Shown: positions 53,645 to 64,000 of the stretch, one piece after another
Numbering within the stretch: position 1 is the stretch's first letter
How the letters are laid out: each line of letters begins with the position of its first letter
Assembly (NCBI GenBank): GCA_951406725.2
Contig: OX597818.1
Location: 108,376,001 to 108,440,000, forward strand
Length of the DNA stretch: 64,000 nt
Reading direction: 5' to 3'
DNA from: Octopus vulgaris
Taxonomy: Eukaryota
Position numbers and translations under genes: made by a program
The notes under the pieces: generated by a model
The model's database searches: none
The model's input: the letters and a program-made list of their open reading frames with translations, nothing else
What the model was told of the DNA's origin: nothing

Positions 53645-53997
53645 ATCGGATGAAATGATATGCTTGAGAAGACCTGTCCAGTCAAGTAAAACCAATATCA
53701 TAGCTGTGGCCAGTTTCCCCTGACTGGTTCCCGTGCCTGTGGTGCATAAAAAGCACCATCTGAATGTGTTCGATACCAGGTCTGCTTGACTAGCTCCTGT
53801 GCCGGTGGCATGTAAAAAGCACCCACTACACTCTTGGAGTGGTTGGCGTTAGGAAGGGCATCCAGCTGTAGAAACATCGCTAGATCAGATTGGAGCTTGG
53901 TGCAGCCATTGGCTCTCCAGACCTCAGTCAAACTGTCCAACCCATGCCAGCATAGAAAACGGACGTTAAATGATGAGGTTGATGATGATGATGATGA
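53645..53997 (+). mobile_element. Family C / RTE 3' end
   Basis: Begins with RTE ORF-end-like tgcttgagaagacctg, then modules, core and (GAT)n; a similar start lies at about 47110. Confidence 0.8.
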
Positions 53998-54736
53998 GTA
54001 CAAAATATTGTTGTTTGCTTTAGCTGTCTTAGACAGTCTTCACGTTCTTAAGTTGCAGAAATGGCCAGATTTCATATTATAAGGTCTCGTGTTTCATTCT
54101 ATTGTCTGCTATCTTGAATATGTGTCCGTAGCTCGAGGTCCACCAAACTTTTGTGAGTGAAATTGGAAAGTAAAGATCCTTGGCTGGACTTTACCTGTTT
54201 AGGTACTGCTTCACTTGCTCCATACGGCATGACATTGATTCCTCTTGAGAATTCTCTAAATGGTACAAGTGTCTGTAGAAATGTCAGCTGTATTCGTTAT
54301 AATTTAATCAAACAACTGCAACATTTATCATCAAAGCGGAGAGAGAAATATATTTACTTACCCCACCCACACACCCCACCCCCAGCCCTTACCTCTCCCG
54401 CCAGCCATATGAAAACAAACAAAACTCATTCGGCTCTCATCTGTCAGTCGTTACACATCATCAGAGAATCTTTATCCATTGTAATTCATCATCAGGATTA
54501 TTTCAAATATTTTCATCACCAGATTTATAAGAAACTAATTCCTAACTTACTCTAGTAAATCAGTCTTGCAGCAGCAGAAGCAGCAGTGGCATCAGCAGGA
54601 GCAGTATGTGCTGAACATGTATACACACACACACTTTTTTTATTTGTGGTTTGGCAAGGCCACCAATGCAGCGTTGCCATGATAGATCGTTAGCCACTAC
54701 ACGCATTTTTTTTCTCTCCTTGTTTTTTCTGTGTCC

Positions 54737-54772
54737 CTTTCTGTAGAAGAGCGTAGGCTCAAAACGTAAAAG
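54737..54772 (+). ncRNA. Degenerate minimal hammerhead motif
   Basis: cttt-CTGTAGA-A-GAGC-gtag-GCTC-AAAA-CGT-A-aaag, with two core substitutions. Confidence 0.45.
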
Positions 54773-54863
54773 ACTTTTTCTATTCCTGAGCGTTATACTA
54801 ATACATCTGTTTGTTTTGTACACCACCTATCTTCGTCTTTTGTTTTTTCGTAAACTCTCCCTA

Positions 54864-54897
<34 letters not shown>

Positions 54898-55005
54898 CAT
54901 GTGTGTGTGTATACACATTCAGCTCGTTTTTGTATGTGGTTCACAAGATACTTTATGTGAATTCATGTGTTGAAACAATTTCGTTGTGTGTAGGGTGAGT
55001 CATTT

Positions 55006-55216
55006 TGCCAATATAATTAACACACACACACTGGTTCAATTCCACTCCTTTATTAAATATCCATTTGCTTTCTGCAACCCTCTCAGTGGCTATTGACTGC
55101 ATAGATAGTTACTGCAAAGCATACAAAGAGCAATGAAGGAGCTTTGACAAAAAATAATCGAATATTTGATAAATTAGTGAAATTGAACCAGTGTGTGTGT
55201 GTTAATTATATTGGCA
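55006..55216. mobile_element. Small inverted-arm element
   Basis: 41-bp arms at 55006-55046 and 55176-55216; left flank is similar to 42300-42372. Confidence 0.7.
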
Positions 55217-55275
55217 TAACGATTCTAACAAAATTATATATATATATATATGTATGTATGTATAGATAGATAGAC

Positions 55276-55336
<61 letters not shown>

Positions 55337-55484
55337 ACCAGATAGATACATAGATAGATAGATCAGTACCTGGTGCACCCCCCGCCGTCCCCAGCTTACC
55401 AGTTTTCAGTCAAACCGTCCAATCTATGGCAGCATGGAAAGCAGACATAAAATGATGATGGTGATGATGATGATGACGATGATA

Positions 55485-55521
<37 letters not shown>

Positions 55522-55638
55522 AAAAAGGGAAATGAGGAAAACTTCTAAGAATGCAAAGATGAAAGTTGCAAACCCTTCATATGTTTTTTTTTGCACAAAG
55601 GTCCATCTTCAGATGGGTACAGTCAAAGAAACGTGCCT

Positions 55639-55869
55639 CTAACGTTGTTCCTGCCATTTGCATTGGCCGATGGGCAGTGATCTCATTTTCATTTCACAGC
55701 TTGTGCAAGTAGCAGCAGCAGCAGTGATTCTTCCAAATGATGGTTTTGTTGATGCCATGCAGGTCACACTGGGGTCAGTGGTTGAAGACTGGTTGTAGAT
55801 TGGCAGCTGTAGGTTGGTGAAGACAGTAGCAGTCAGAGGTGGAATATGTCCTTGTTGACAAGATGCTGG
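55639..55869 (-). other. Candidate exon, 76 codons to a stop
   Basis: aaatttctcttgtag|CCAGCA... giving PASCQQGHIPPLTATVFTNLQLPIYNQSSTTDPSV...QEQR*; unique sequence with higher GC; no recognised homology. Confidence 0.3.
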
Positions 55870-55957
55870 CTACAAGAGAAATTTACAATGAACTCAGTTC
55901 TTACATGGAACTATACAAATAGACCATATGTGCTATAAATATCAATTTTAAATAACA

Positions 55958-56113
55958 TTATTTACATTGTTTACGTTTGACACATATTTGTCCTCATCTT
56001 GTTTGTTGTTAACACAATGTTTCGGCTGATATACTCTCCAGCCTTCATCAGGTGTCTTGGGGAAATTTCAAACCTGGATTCTCATTCCTAAGGTATTTTT
56101 AATGTTGTTGTTG

Positions 56114-56192
<79 letters not shown>

Positions 56193-56235
56193 ATAATATA
56201 CATAATTCCTCATCTCTTAAATATAGAACTGAATT
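55958..56235 (-). mobile_element. Second, deleted copy of the 36705 element; hammerhead at 56011-56056
   Basis: Reverse complement: gacac-CTGATGA-A-GGCTG-N10-CAGCC-GAAA-CATT-gtgtt; same end cataattcctcatctcttaaatatagaactg. Confidence 0.75.
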
Positions 56236-56504
56236 TTAAATAAGTTCTTCACCCTTCAAGTAGATATTGGTAATGGTGATTTATACACAGAAAATAGTAT
56301 CCCTCATCATCTCATTTACTCTCATTCCACCACCATCACCAACCCTCGGGCAATGATCAACATCTTTTGTTGTAAGAATGTACCCTACTTCGATACTAGG
56401 ACTTTCATTTGCTCTTTTGCTTGTATTTTGATTCCAATATCTTCGTGTATACAGATTCTACAGTGTACGTTAAGAAAATATTTTCATGCGTAAAAGTTCT
56501 GGTC

Positions 56505-56567
<63 letters not shown>

Positions 56568-56764
56568 TCTCTCTTTATCGAAAAAGTCCTTCGGAATTAC
56601 ATTTTCATTTTATAACATGAAAAATCAATTGGTAGATTTGTTTTGTGAAATGGGATTTTGTGTTGTAGCAAGATTTTCAGGATTGTAGTACTTCTGGAAA
56701 ATGTACAGATCTGTGTGTGTGCGTGCACGTGTGTGTGTGTGTGCATGCACGTGTGTGTGCATAG

Positions 56765-56796
<32 letters not shown>

Positions 56797-56944
56797 GTAT
56801 ATGTAAAAAATACAAACTGGGACAAGAACGCAAAACATTTAGAAGACGATACAAAAAACACGGACGGGACATTCGAAGCCTTCAATCTTCAGTCAAGAAC
56901 CGGATCATCCTCGCAAATATGTATATATGTATATATATACATAT

Positions 56945-57260
56945 ATCACAACCATGATCACCATGACTGACCAGGCCATCAGATGTTGCTACACATCGCT
57001 GGTCACAATGCACTTCGCATTGTTTTAGCCTTCAAACGACACCACCCCGCTGGCTAAGCGAGCAGGCCAACAGAAGAAAGAGTGAGAGAAAGTTGCGGCG
57101 AAAGAGTACAGCAGGGATCGCCACCACCCCCTGCCGGAGCATCATGGAGCTATAGGTGTTTTCGCTCAATAAACACTCACAACGCCCGGTCTGGGAATCG
57201 AAACCGCGATCCTACACCACAAGTCCGCTGCCCTAACCATTTGGCCATTGCGCCTCCACT
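56945..57260 (-). mobile_element. tRNA-derived SINE family D (CpG-rich, probably young)
   Basis: Reverse-complement head ggaggcgcaaTGGCCAAATGGttagggcagcggac...GGTTTCGATTCCc followed by about 240 bp of non-tRNA body. Confidence 0.75.
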
Positions 57261-57329
57261 ATACATATATACATATATATATTTATGTATATATATATGT
57301 GTGTATATGTTTATGTGTATATGCATATC

Positions 57330-57690
57330 GAAATCGATCAATGGAAATTGCGGATGTGTTACCAGTGCCGGTGGCATGTCAAAACTCTACTTGTGAAGAC
57401 CCGTTGAGGCAAGTGAGGATCAGAATGGAAATCGATCAATGGAAATTGCGGATGTGTTACCAGTGCCGGTGGCATGTCAAAACTCTACTTGTGAAGACCC
57501 GTTGAGGCAAGTGAGGATCAGAACGGAAATCGATCAATGGAAATTGCGGATGTGTTACCAGTGCCGGTGGCATGTCAAAATTCTACTTGTGAAGACCCGT
57601 TGAGGCAAGTGAGGATCAGAATCGAAATCGATCAATGGAAATCGATCAATGGAAATTGCAGATGTGTTACCAGTGCCGGTGGCATGTAAG
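57330..57690 (+). repeat. 98-bp tandem repeat, about 3.5 copies, heading a family-C copy (to 58017)
   Basis: Units start at 57330, 57428, 57526 and 57624 and are near-identical. Confidence 0.95.
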
Positions 57691-58302
57691 AGAACTTTCC
57701 GTTTCGCGACCGTTGCCAGCACCGCCCCGTTTCGTGTCCATTGCCAGCCTCGCCTGGCCCTCGTGCCGGTGGCACATAAAAAGCACCATCCGTTCATGGC
57801 CGTTTGCCAGCTCTGTCTGGCACCTGTGCGGGTGGCACGTAAAAAGCACCCACTACACTCACGGAGTGGTTGGCGTTAGGAAGGGCATCCAGCCGTAGAA
57901 ACACTGCCAGATTTGACTGGGCCTGATGAAGCCTTCTGGCTTCACAGACCCCAGTAGAACCGTCCAACCCATGCTAGCATGGAAAACGGACGCTAAACGA
58001 TGATGATGATGATGATGATATATATATATAAATATATATATATATCATCATCATCGTCATCATCATTTAACGTCCGCTTTCCATGCTGGCGTGGGCTGGA
58101 CGGTTTGACAGAAGGCTGCACCAGGCTTCAACCTGATTTGGCAAAGTTTCTACAACTGGATGTCCTTCCTAACACCAACCACTTCAAGAGTGTAGGGTAT
58201 GTTTTAACGTGCCACCAGCACGAGGGCCAGTCAGGCAGTACTGGCATCGACCATGCCCAAATGGTGCTTTTTACGTGTGACCTGCACAGGAACTAGTCGT
58301 TT

Positions 58303-58336
<34 letters not shown>

Positions 58337-58347
58337 GTGTATGTATG

Positions 58348-58389
<42 letters not shown>

Positions 58390-58539
58390 TACACACTCAC
58401 ACATATGTGTACTTTTTTTATTAAAGCTGCAGAAACATCACAAAAATCTGTGACTCAGAGTTTCACTTTCCTGTTCATTGGGCAGTTGTGATACATACAT
58501 ACATACATACATATATACATAAATACATATAAATATGTA

Positions 58540-58580
<41 letters not shown>

Positions 58581-58815
58581 TGGCGTTAGGAAGGGCATCC
58601 AGCTGTAGAAAATCTGCCAGATCAGATTGAGCCTGGTGCAGCCATCTGGTTTGCCAGTCCTCAGTCAAGCCGTCCAACCCATGCCAGCATGGAAAGCGGA
58701 CTTTAAACAATGATGATGATGATGTATCATCATCATCATAATATATATGTCTGTGGTGCATGTGTTTGTATGTAAATCTATGTATATACAGTGGCTTTAA
58801 TTTGAATACTGTGTT

Positions 58816-59348
58816 CAGTAATCACTCACCATATCACGATTCACTTATCATGCCCTAAGTACATCACGGATTTTTCTGGCTAATATATGTAAATTTATAT
58901 CACAGACTCCTCAGTATATCACGGCTTTCTGCAGCTGATAAAGTATTTATATTTTTTAGATTTTAATTATTTCTGTGGTAAAATAAGCATTTTCATGCCT
59001 TCAAATTAATTAATCAATTAACAAAAATACAGAACAGAACTTCACTGTATAACACATTAATTAATATATATTAAAAGAAAATTAAAATATATTAATTAAA
59101 GTATATTAAAAGAAAATACATAGCATACCATAGATGAGTAATCAAAGAATTGCACATATTGTATGGAAAAACAAATCTCGAGAGGCGAGTGTGTGGTGTT
59201 GTTTTGCATTTATGATAAAATAAATATATACAAATTATAAAAATAATTTTAAAAACTATACAGTATGGTACCATTTCTGTTTTCCAGATTTTCCTCAATC
59301 ACGGTGGAATTTGGAAATGTAACACTCACAATAGTCAAGGGATTGCTG
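58816..59348. mobile_element. Tigger/pogo-type MITE
   Basis: Ends cagtaatcactcaccatatcacg and cacaatagtcaagggattgctg|ta; an orphan copy of the TIR lies at 15341. Confidence 0.6.
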
Positions 59349-59497
59349 TATATCAAACAATATTTATTTCTCATTAGATGGACGGCTTTGTTTTGTTGAT
59401 TCCACAATAATAGAATGGTAAACTATATAGACATATACACACCTATACACATAGATATGTATGTGTATGTATGCACACTATACATACATATACATAA

Positions 59498-59728
59498 GAC
59501 AGCAAGCTGGCAGAAATGTTAGCATGCCGGGAAAAATGTGCAGCTGTATTTCGTTTGCCATTATGTTCTGAGATCAAATGTCGCCGAGGTCGACTTTGCC
59601 TTTCATCCTTTCGGGGTCGATAAATTAAGTACCAGTTACACACTGGGGTCGATGTAATCGACTTAATCCGTTTGTCTGTCCTTGTTTGTGTTCTCTGTGT
59701 TTAGCCTCTTGTGGGTAGTAAAGAAATA
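59498..59728 (+). mobile_element. SINE family B
   Basis: Full match to the 32273 copy; older copies at about 47880-48325 and 60340-60540. Confidence 0.85.
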
Positions 59729-59806
59729 TACATACATATATATACATATATACATACATACATACATACATACATACATACATACATACATACATACATA
59801 CATACA

Positions 59807-59842
<36 letters not shown>

Positions 59843-61004
59843 TATGTATATTTAAACTTTACAAAGCCTTGCTGTGACTTAAGTAAAAATATAAACACAT
59901 TGATCTTACATTAATGATCTATTGATTTACATCATTTGTAAGCTCTTTTGCCATCCTGTTAATGTTTGTGTGTATATATATTCTGTTGAACCAAGTGAAA
60001 TTGTAGTTGTGGCCAATGCCAGTGCTGCCTGACTGAAACCCACGCCAGTGGCATGTAAAAAGCACCATTTGAGCATGGCCAATGCTAATGCTGCTTGACT
60101 GACTCATAAAAAGCACCATTCAAATGTGGTCAATACCAGTGCTACCTGACTGGCTCCCATGCCGGTGCCATGTAAAATGCACCATTCAATATATATATAT
60201 AGAAAGAGAGAGAGAGAGAAAGAGAGTGAGAGAGAGAGAGAAAGAGAAAGAGAGTGAGAGAGAGAGAGAAAGAGAGTGAGAGAGAGAGAGAGAAAGATTT
60301 GTATTTACATATGCACATAAACTGAATGCAAATTTTGACCCCAAATCTTGATATTTCAGGGGAGATGGGTACGAGTCAATTACACCAACCGTAGCAATCC
60401 ACAGGTTCTTACTTTATTGAGCCCAAAAGAATAGAAAGCCAAGTCAACCCCAGCAGCATTTGAACTCAGAATGTGGTACCAGAAGAAAGGCTGTTAAGCA
60501 TTTTGTCCAGTGCAGACTGGTTCTGCCAGCTTGCTGCCTGATCGTATTTATATTGAAAATGCACAAAGCAACAAGGATCAAAATAATGACGTGTACATTT
60601 ATTTTTAACCTGTTCTTGTACACTAGAAAAGCATTTGGCACATGATTTTATTTCAGGGAAAATTTTGTTTCTGTAGACTTTGTGTAAAACCACATCAAGC
60701 TGAGTTCCAAGTAATGTCAGCAGACTACCAGACACTGTCTTTTGGCGTGATTTTTGCCTCTTTATTGGCAGATATCACCTCGGTCATTTGGAACTTGGCC
60801 AAAACTTTGGTATCTCTATGCAGGAAGCAGCAAATGATTCGTTTGTTGATTTCTGCTCAGGTCTGCCCAGCTGGTATTTTGTATAAGTACACCAAGCAAC
60901 AAAGACCAAAATATGAGGTGAATATTTATTTTTAACTCGTTCTTATACACTAAAACATATATGTACATTTATATATATGAATATATGAAGATATATATAT
61001 ATAT

Positions 61005-61080
<76 letters not shown>

Positions 61081-61589
61081 ACACAAACATCCAAACACAC
61101 ACATAAACACATGCATAATCACACACACACATTTGCTGGAATAAAGGTAAATATACCAAAACACTGTGTGTGTACATGTGTGTGCACGTGTGTGTGTACA
61201 TGTGTGTGCACGTGTGTGTGTACATGTGTGTGTGTGTGTGTATGTATGTGCATGTGTGCGTGTACATGTGTGTGTACATGTGTGTGTACATGTGTGTGTA
61301 CATGTGTGTGCATGTATGTGTGTGTGTGTGTGTGTGTGTGCGTGTGTGTGTGTGTGCCTGTTTATAGAATAAAGAGGTATACTTGAAGACATGACACATG
61401 ACCAGAGGTTCTCAGGATGTAGAAAGTCTCACACTCCACTCTTATCCCCAAGTTAGACAAAATTCATCCTATTTTCACTCAGAATATTGTCTGGAATTCA
61501 AACCATTCTTTAGTAATCATAAACACAGCAAATGCTATTGGTACTTTATGTTTTATAAACATACACATGTTTCAGCAGACCAATTACCA

Positions 61590-62540
61590 ATATTAAATGA
61601 TGCAGTTTGGTTTTGTGCCAGGGAGAAGCACTACTGATGTTATATTCCTGGTAAGGCAATGACAAGAGAAGTATTTAGCCAAAAATAAATCTCTGTATTT
61701 GGCTTTTGTCGACATGGAGAAAGCTTTTGACAGGATTTCCCATACCCTTATCTGGTGGTCAATGCAGAAGCTGGGGATAAATGTACAAGCCATGAAGAGG
61801 GGTGCTGTCAGTAAGGTGAAAGTTGGCAACAATTATAACAATGAATTTAGTGCACAGGTGAGAGATCATCAAGGATCAGTTCTCAGTCCCCTATTGTTCA
61901 TCATTGTTGTGGATGTGCAATGTGAGTGTGCATGTATGACAAAGTGTAAGTGCTTTAAGAGAAAATTTGGGAATTAGTGTCATCGGATGAAGTGTGCAAG
62001 AGAGAAAACTGCATTGGTTTGGTCATGTAATGTGTATGGATTAGGACAGCAGTGTAATGATGTGCTGATCTCTAACTGTGGAGGGAACATGTGGGAGAAG
62101 TAAACATGGGACGAGGTGGTGAAATATGATCTTTGATTGTTGAGCCCCACACAGGCAATGAAAAGTGACCAAGATTTCTAATGATTTGCTGTTGTGGTCA
62201 GTGACAATGACCTGTAAAAGACATTTGAGCTGGCGACAGTTAAAAGGCATCCATGATGGTGGTATGTGATAGGCACCTGTGCCGGTATTTTGGCTAAATA
62301 CTTCTCTTGTCGTTGCTTTACCAGTAATATAACATCAGTAGTGCTTCTCCCTGATGTTGATACATGAAAGGCACCTGTACCAGTGACACACAAAAGGCGC
62401 CTGACCCAGTGACATACAAAAGGCACCCGGTACAATCTGCAAAATGGTTGGCAAAACTTGGACTGCTCTCCAGCTTACCAGTCAAACTGTCTAACTCATG
62501 CCAGTATGGAAAACAGGCGTTAAACGATGATGATGATGCA
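61590..62540 (+). pseudogene. Internally deleted RTE LINE (RT, C-terminus and family-C tail)
   Basis: MQFGFVPGRSTTDVIFLVRQ*QEKYLAK..AFVDMEKAFDRI..HQGSVLSPLLFIIV, then RKLHWFGHVM..TWDEVVKYDL, then a (GAT)n tail. Confidence 0.9.
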
Positions 62541-63174
62541 CAATGCAATTGACTCATATCCTCATCATTCATAGTAAAATCTTAGTGGGTTGTATGCCCT
62601 TATATACCACAGTTTATGCTAATTACAAGGAACCTCATTCGTATGGCAAAATCAAGAGTGACAGAGCGTGAAGTAACAGAATGATGTTAAGAGAGGAAAG
62701 ACAGGTGGCCAATGAGAAGAAAGGAGTAGCGACCACACACACACGCACACCTCCAGTCATATTCTGGTACATGTATACACGCTCACGCATTGCCTACAAA
62801 TATATATACACAGTAGAAACGAGAAAGGAAGATGAAATAACTGCTAGGTGACATAGGCCCGGTGATAACAAGAACAACAAGAGCAATATCGACAGTTAGG
62901 GGCATTTATTAGAAAGTGGGCCATGGATAGTGTAGATCTATGAACAGGCTGAGCTTTATTGTCCTCCATCGTGCACTTTGGTAATTTACCATTGAATATG
63001 TGAAAACAAACAAACATGTCTACATGTGTAGGACTTACATGGAGACCAAGCTGTGTGTGCACAGGGGTCTGTAGTAGTAACATGTGATGGCCTCGTCCCC
63101 ATGAGACATGATGGACAGAATTTCTATGCTTATATAAAGGTGTTTGCCTGTGGACAGACGTGGGGGGCAGCAGG

Positions 63175-63505
63175 GCATGTGTGTGAGCCTATGGCTGTTG
63201 GTTAGGAGTGTTCAGCTCACAATCATAAGGCTGAGAGTTCAATTCCTGGTGGCACACAGTGTCCTTGAGCAAGACTCTTTATTTCTCATTCCTCCAGTTC
63301 ACTCAGCTGGCAAAAAGGAGTTGTACCAGTATTTCAAACAGCCAGCCTTGTTAAATTCTGTCACGCTGAATCTCCCTGAGAACTGCTTCAAGAGTACACA
63401 TGTCTGTGGAGCACTCAGCCACTTGCACATTAATTTCACGAGCAGGTTGTTCCATTGATCAGATCAACAAAAGAGCCCTCATCATCATAACCTATGAAGT
63501 GTCTG
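63175..63505 (+). mobile_element. tRNA-derived SINE family E
   Basis: tggctgttggttag...gagttcaattcc and gtgtccttgagcaagac; homologous to 24060-24600. Confidence 0.7.
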
Positions 63506-64000
63506 TATGGCTGTACGTATGTGTGGGTGCATACAAGGGGATATATGCACATATGCAGGTAGATGTGTGTGCATGGACATCTGCAGGAACATGCAGGGTT
63601 GCTGCACAATGATTACAAAACAGTTAATGAACTTACCATCCTTGGAACTCAAACCATAAAACAGTCATAGAGACCAACCAATCAAATCAGTTTCTGACAT
63701 ATACCAATGACTGGTTGCATTGCAGTTGCTATTGTTGTTGTTGTTGTTGTTGTTATAATTGCTGAGCTTGTGGTGCCTTGAGGTAATTATATCCCCCCCC
63801 CTCTCTGTTGTGTTTATAAATGTGCTCTTGTGAATGTGTGTGAGTGTATATGTGTCTGCATCAATATGTATGGAGAGGGTGCATGACTACCTCTACCCTT
63901 TTCTCATCGACTCTCTATATATCTTCTTTTAACACCATTCTATTACTTCATATCTATCACCCTCTATTCTGCAATATTAACGACATTCAATGTGATTTGC

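Noticed and set aside
56860-56915. Minus-strand CTGAAGA...GAAT as another hammerhead
   Set aside because: No GAAA and no consistent stems I or III in this copy.
57330-57690. CRISPR-like periodicity
   Set aside because: Whole 98-bp units are repeated with no unique spacers, no cas genes, and a eukaryotic context.

Overview
AT-rich, repeat-saturated eukaryotic (animal) DNA. The SINE, RTE, Penelope and microsatellite landscape is most like Octopus (my recognition, no database search). There is no intact protein-coding gene: most track ORFs are microsatellite read-throughs or decayed transposon frames. Contents: at least four tRNA-headed SINE families plus an RTE 3'-tail repeat family; decayed RTE, RTE-X-like, CR1-like, R4/Dong-like and Penelope non-LTR remnants; a decayed Ty3/Gypsy pol (about 30.9-34 kb); a mariner remnant; piggyBac-, hAT- and Tigger-type MITEs; and a few low-confidence minus-strand exon candidates. 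The most interesting signal is a set of several mutually dissimilar small elements, most with inverted arms, each carrying a minimal type I hammerhead ribozyme motif (CUGANGA-stem II-GAAA-palindromic stem III). One of them couples a tRNA-like Pol III head, an (AAT)n spacer and a hammerhead tail. There are also several locally templated duplications and inversions. Coordinates of decayed elements are approximate.
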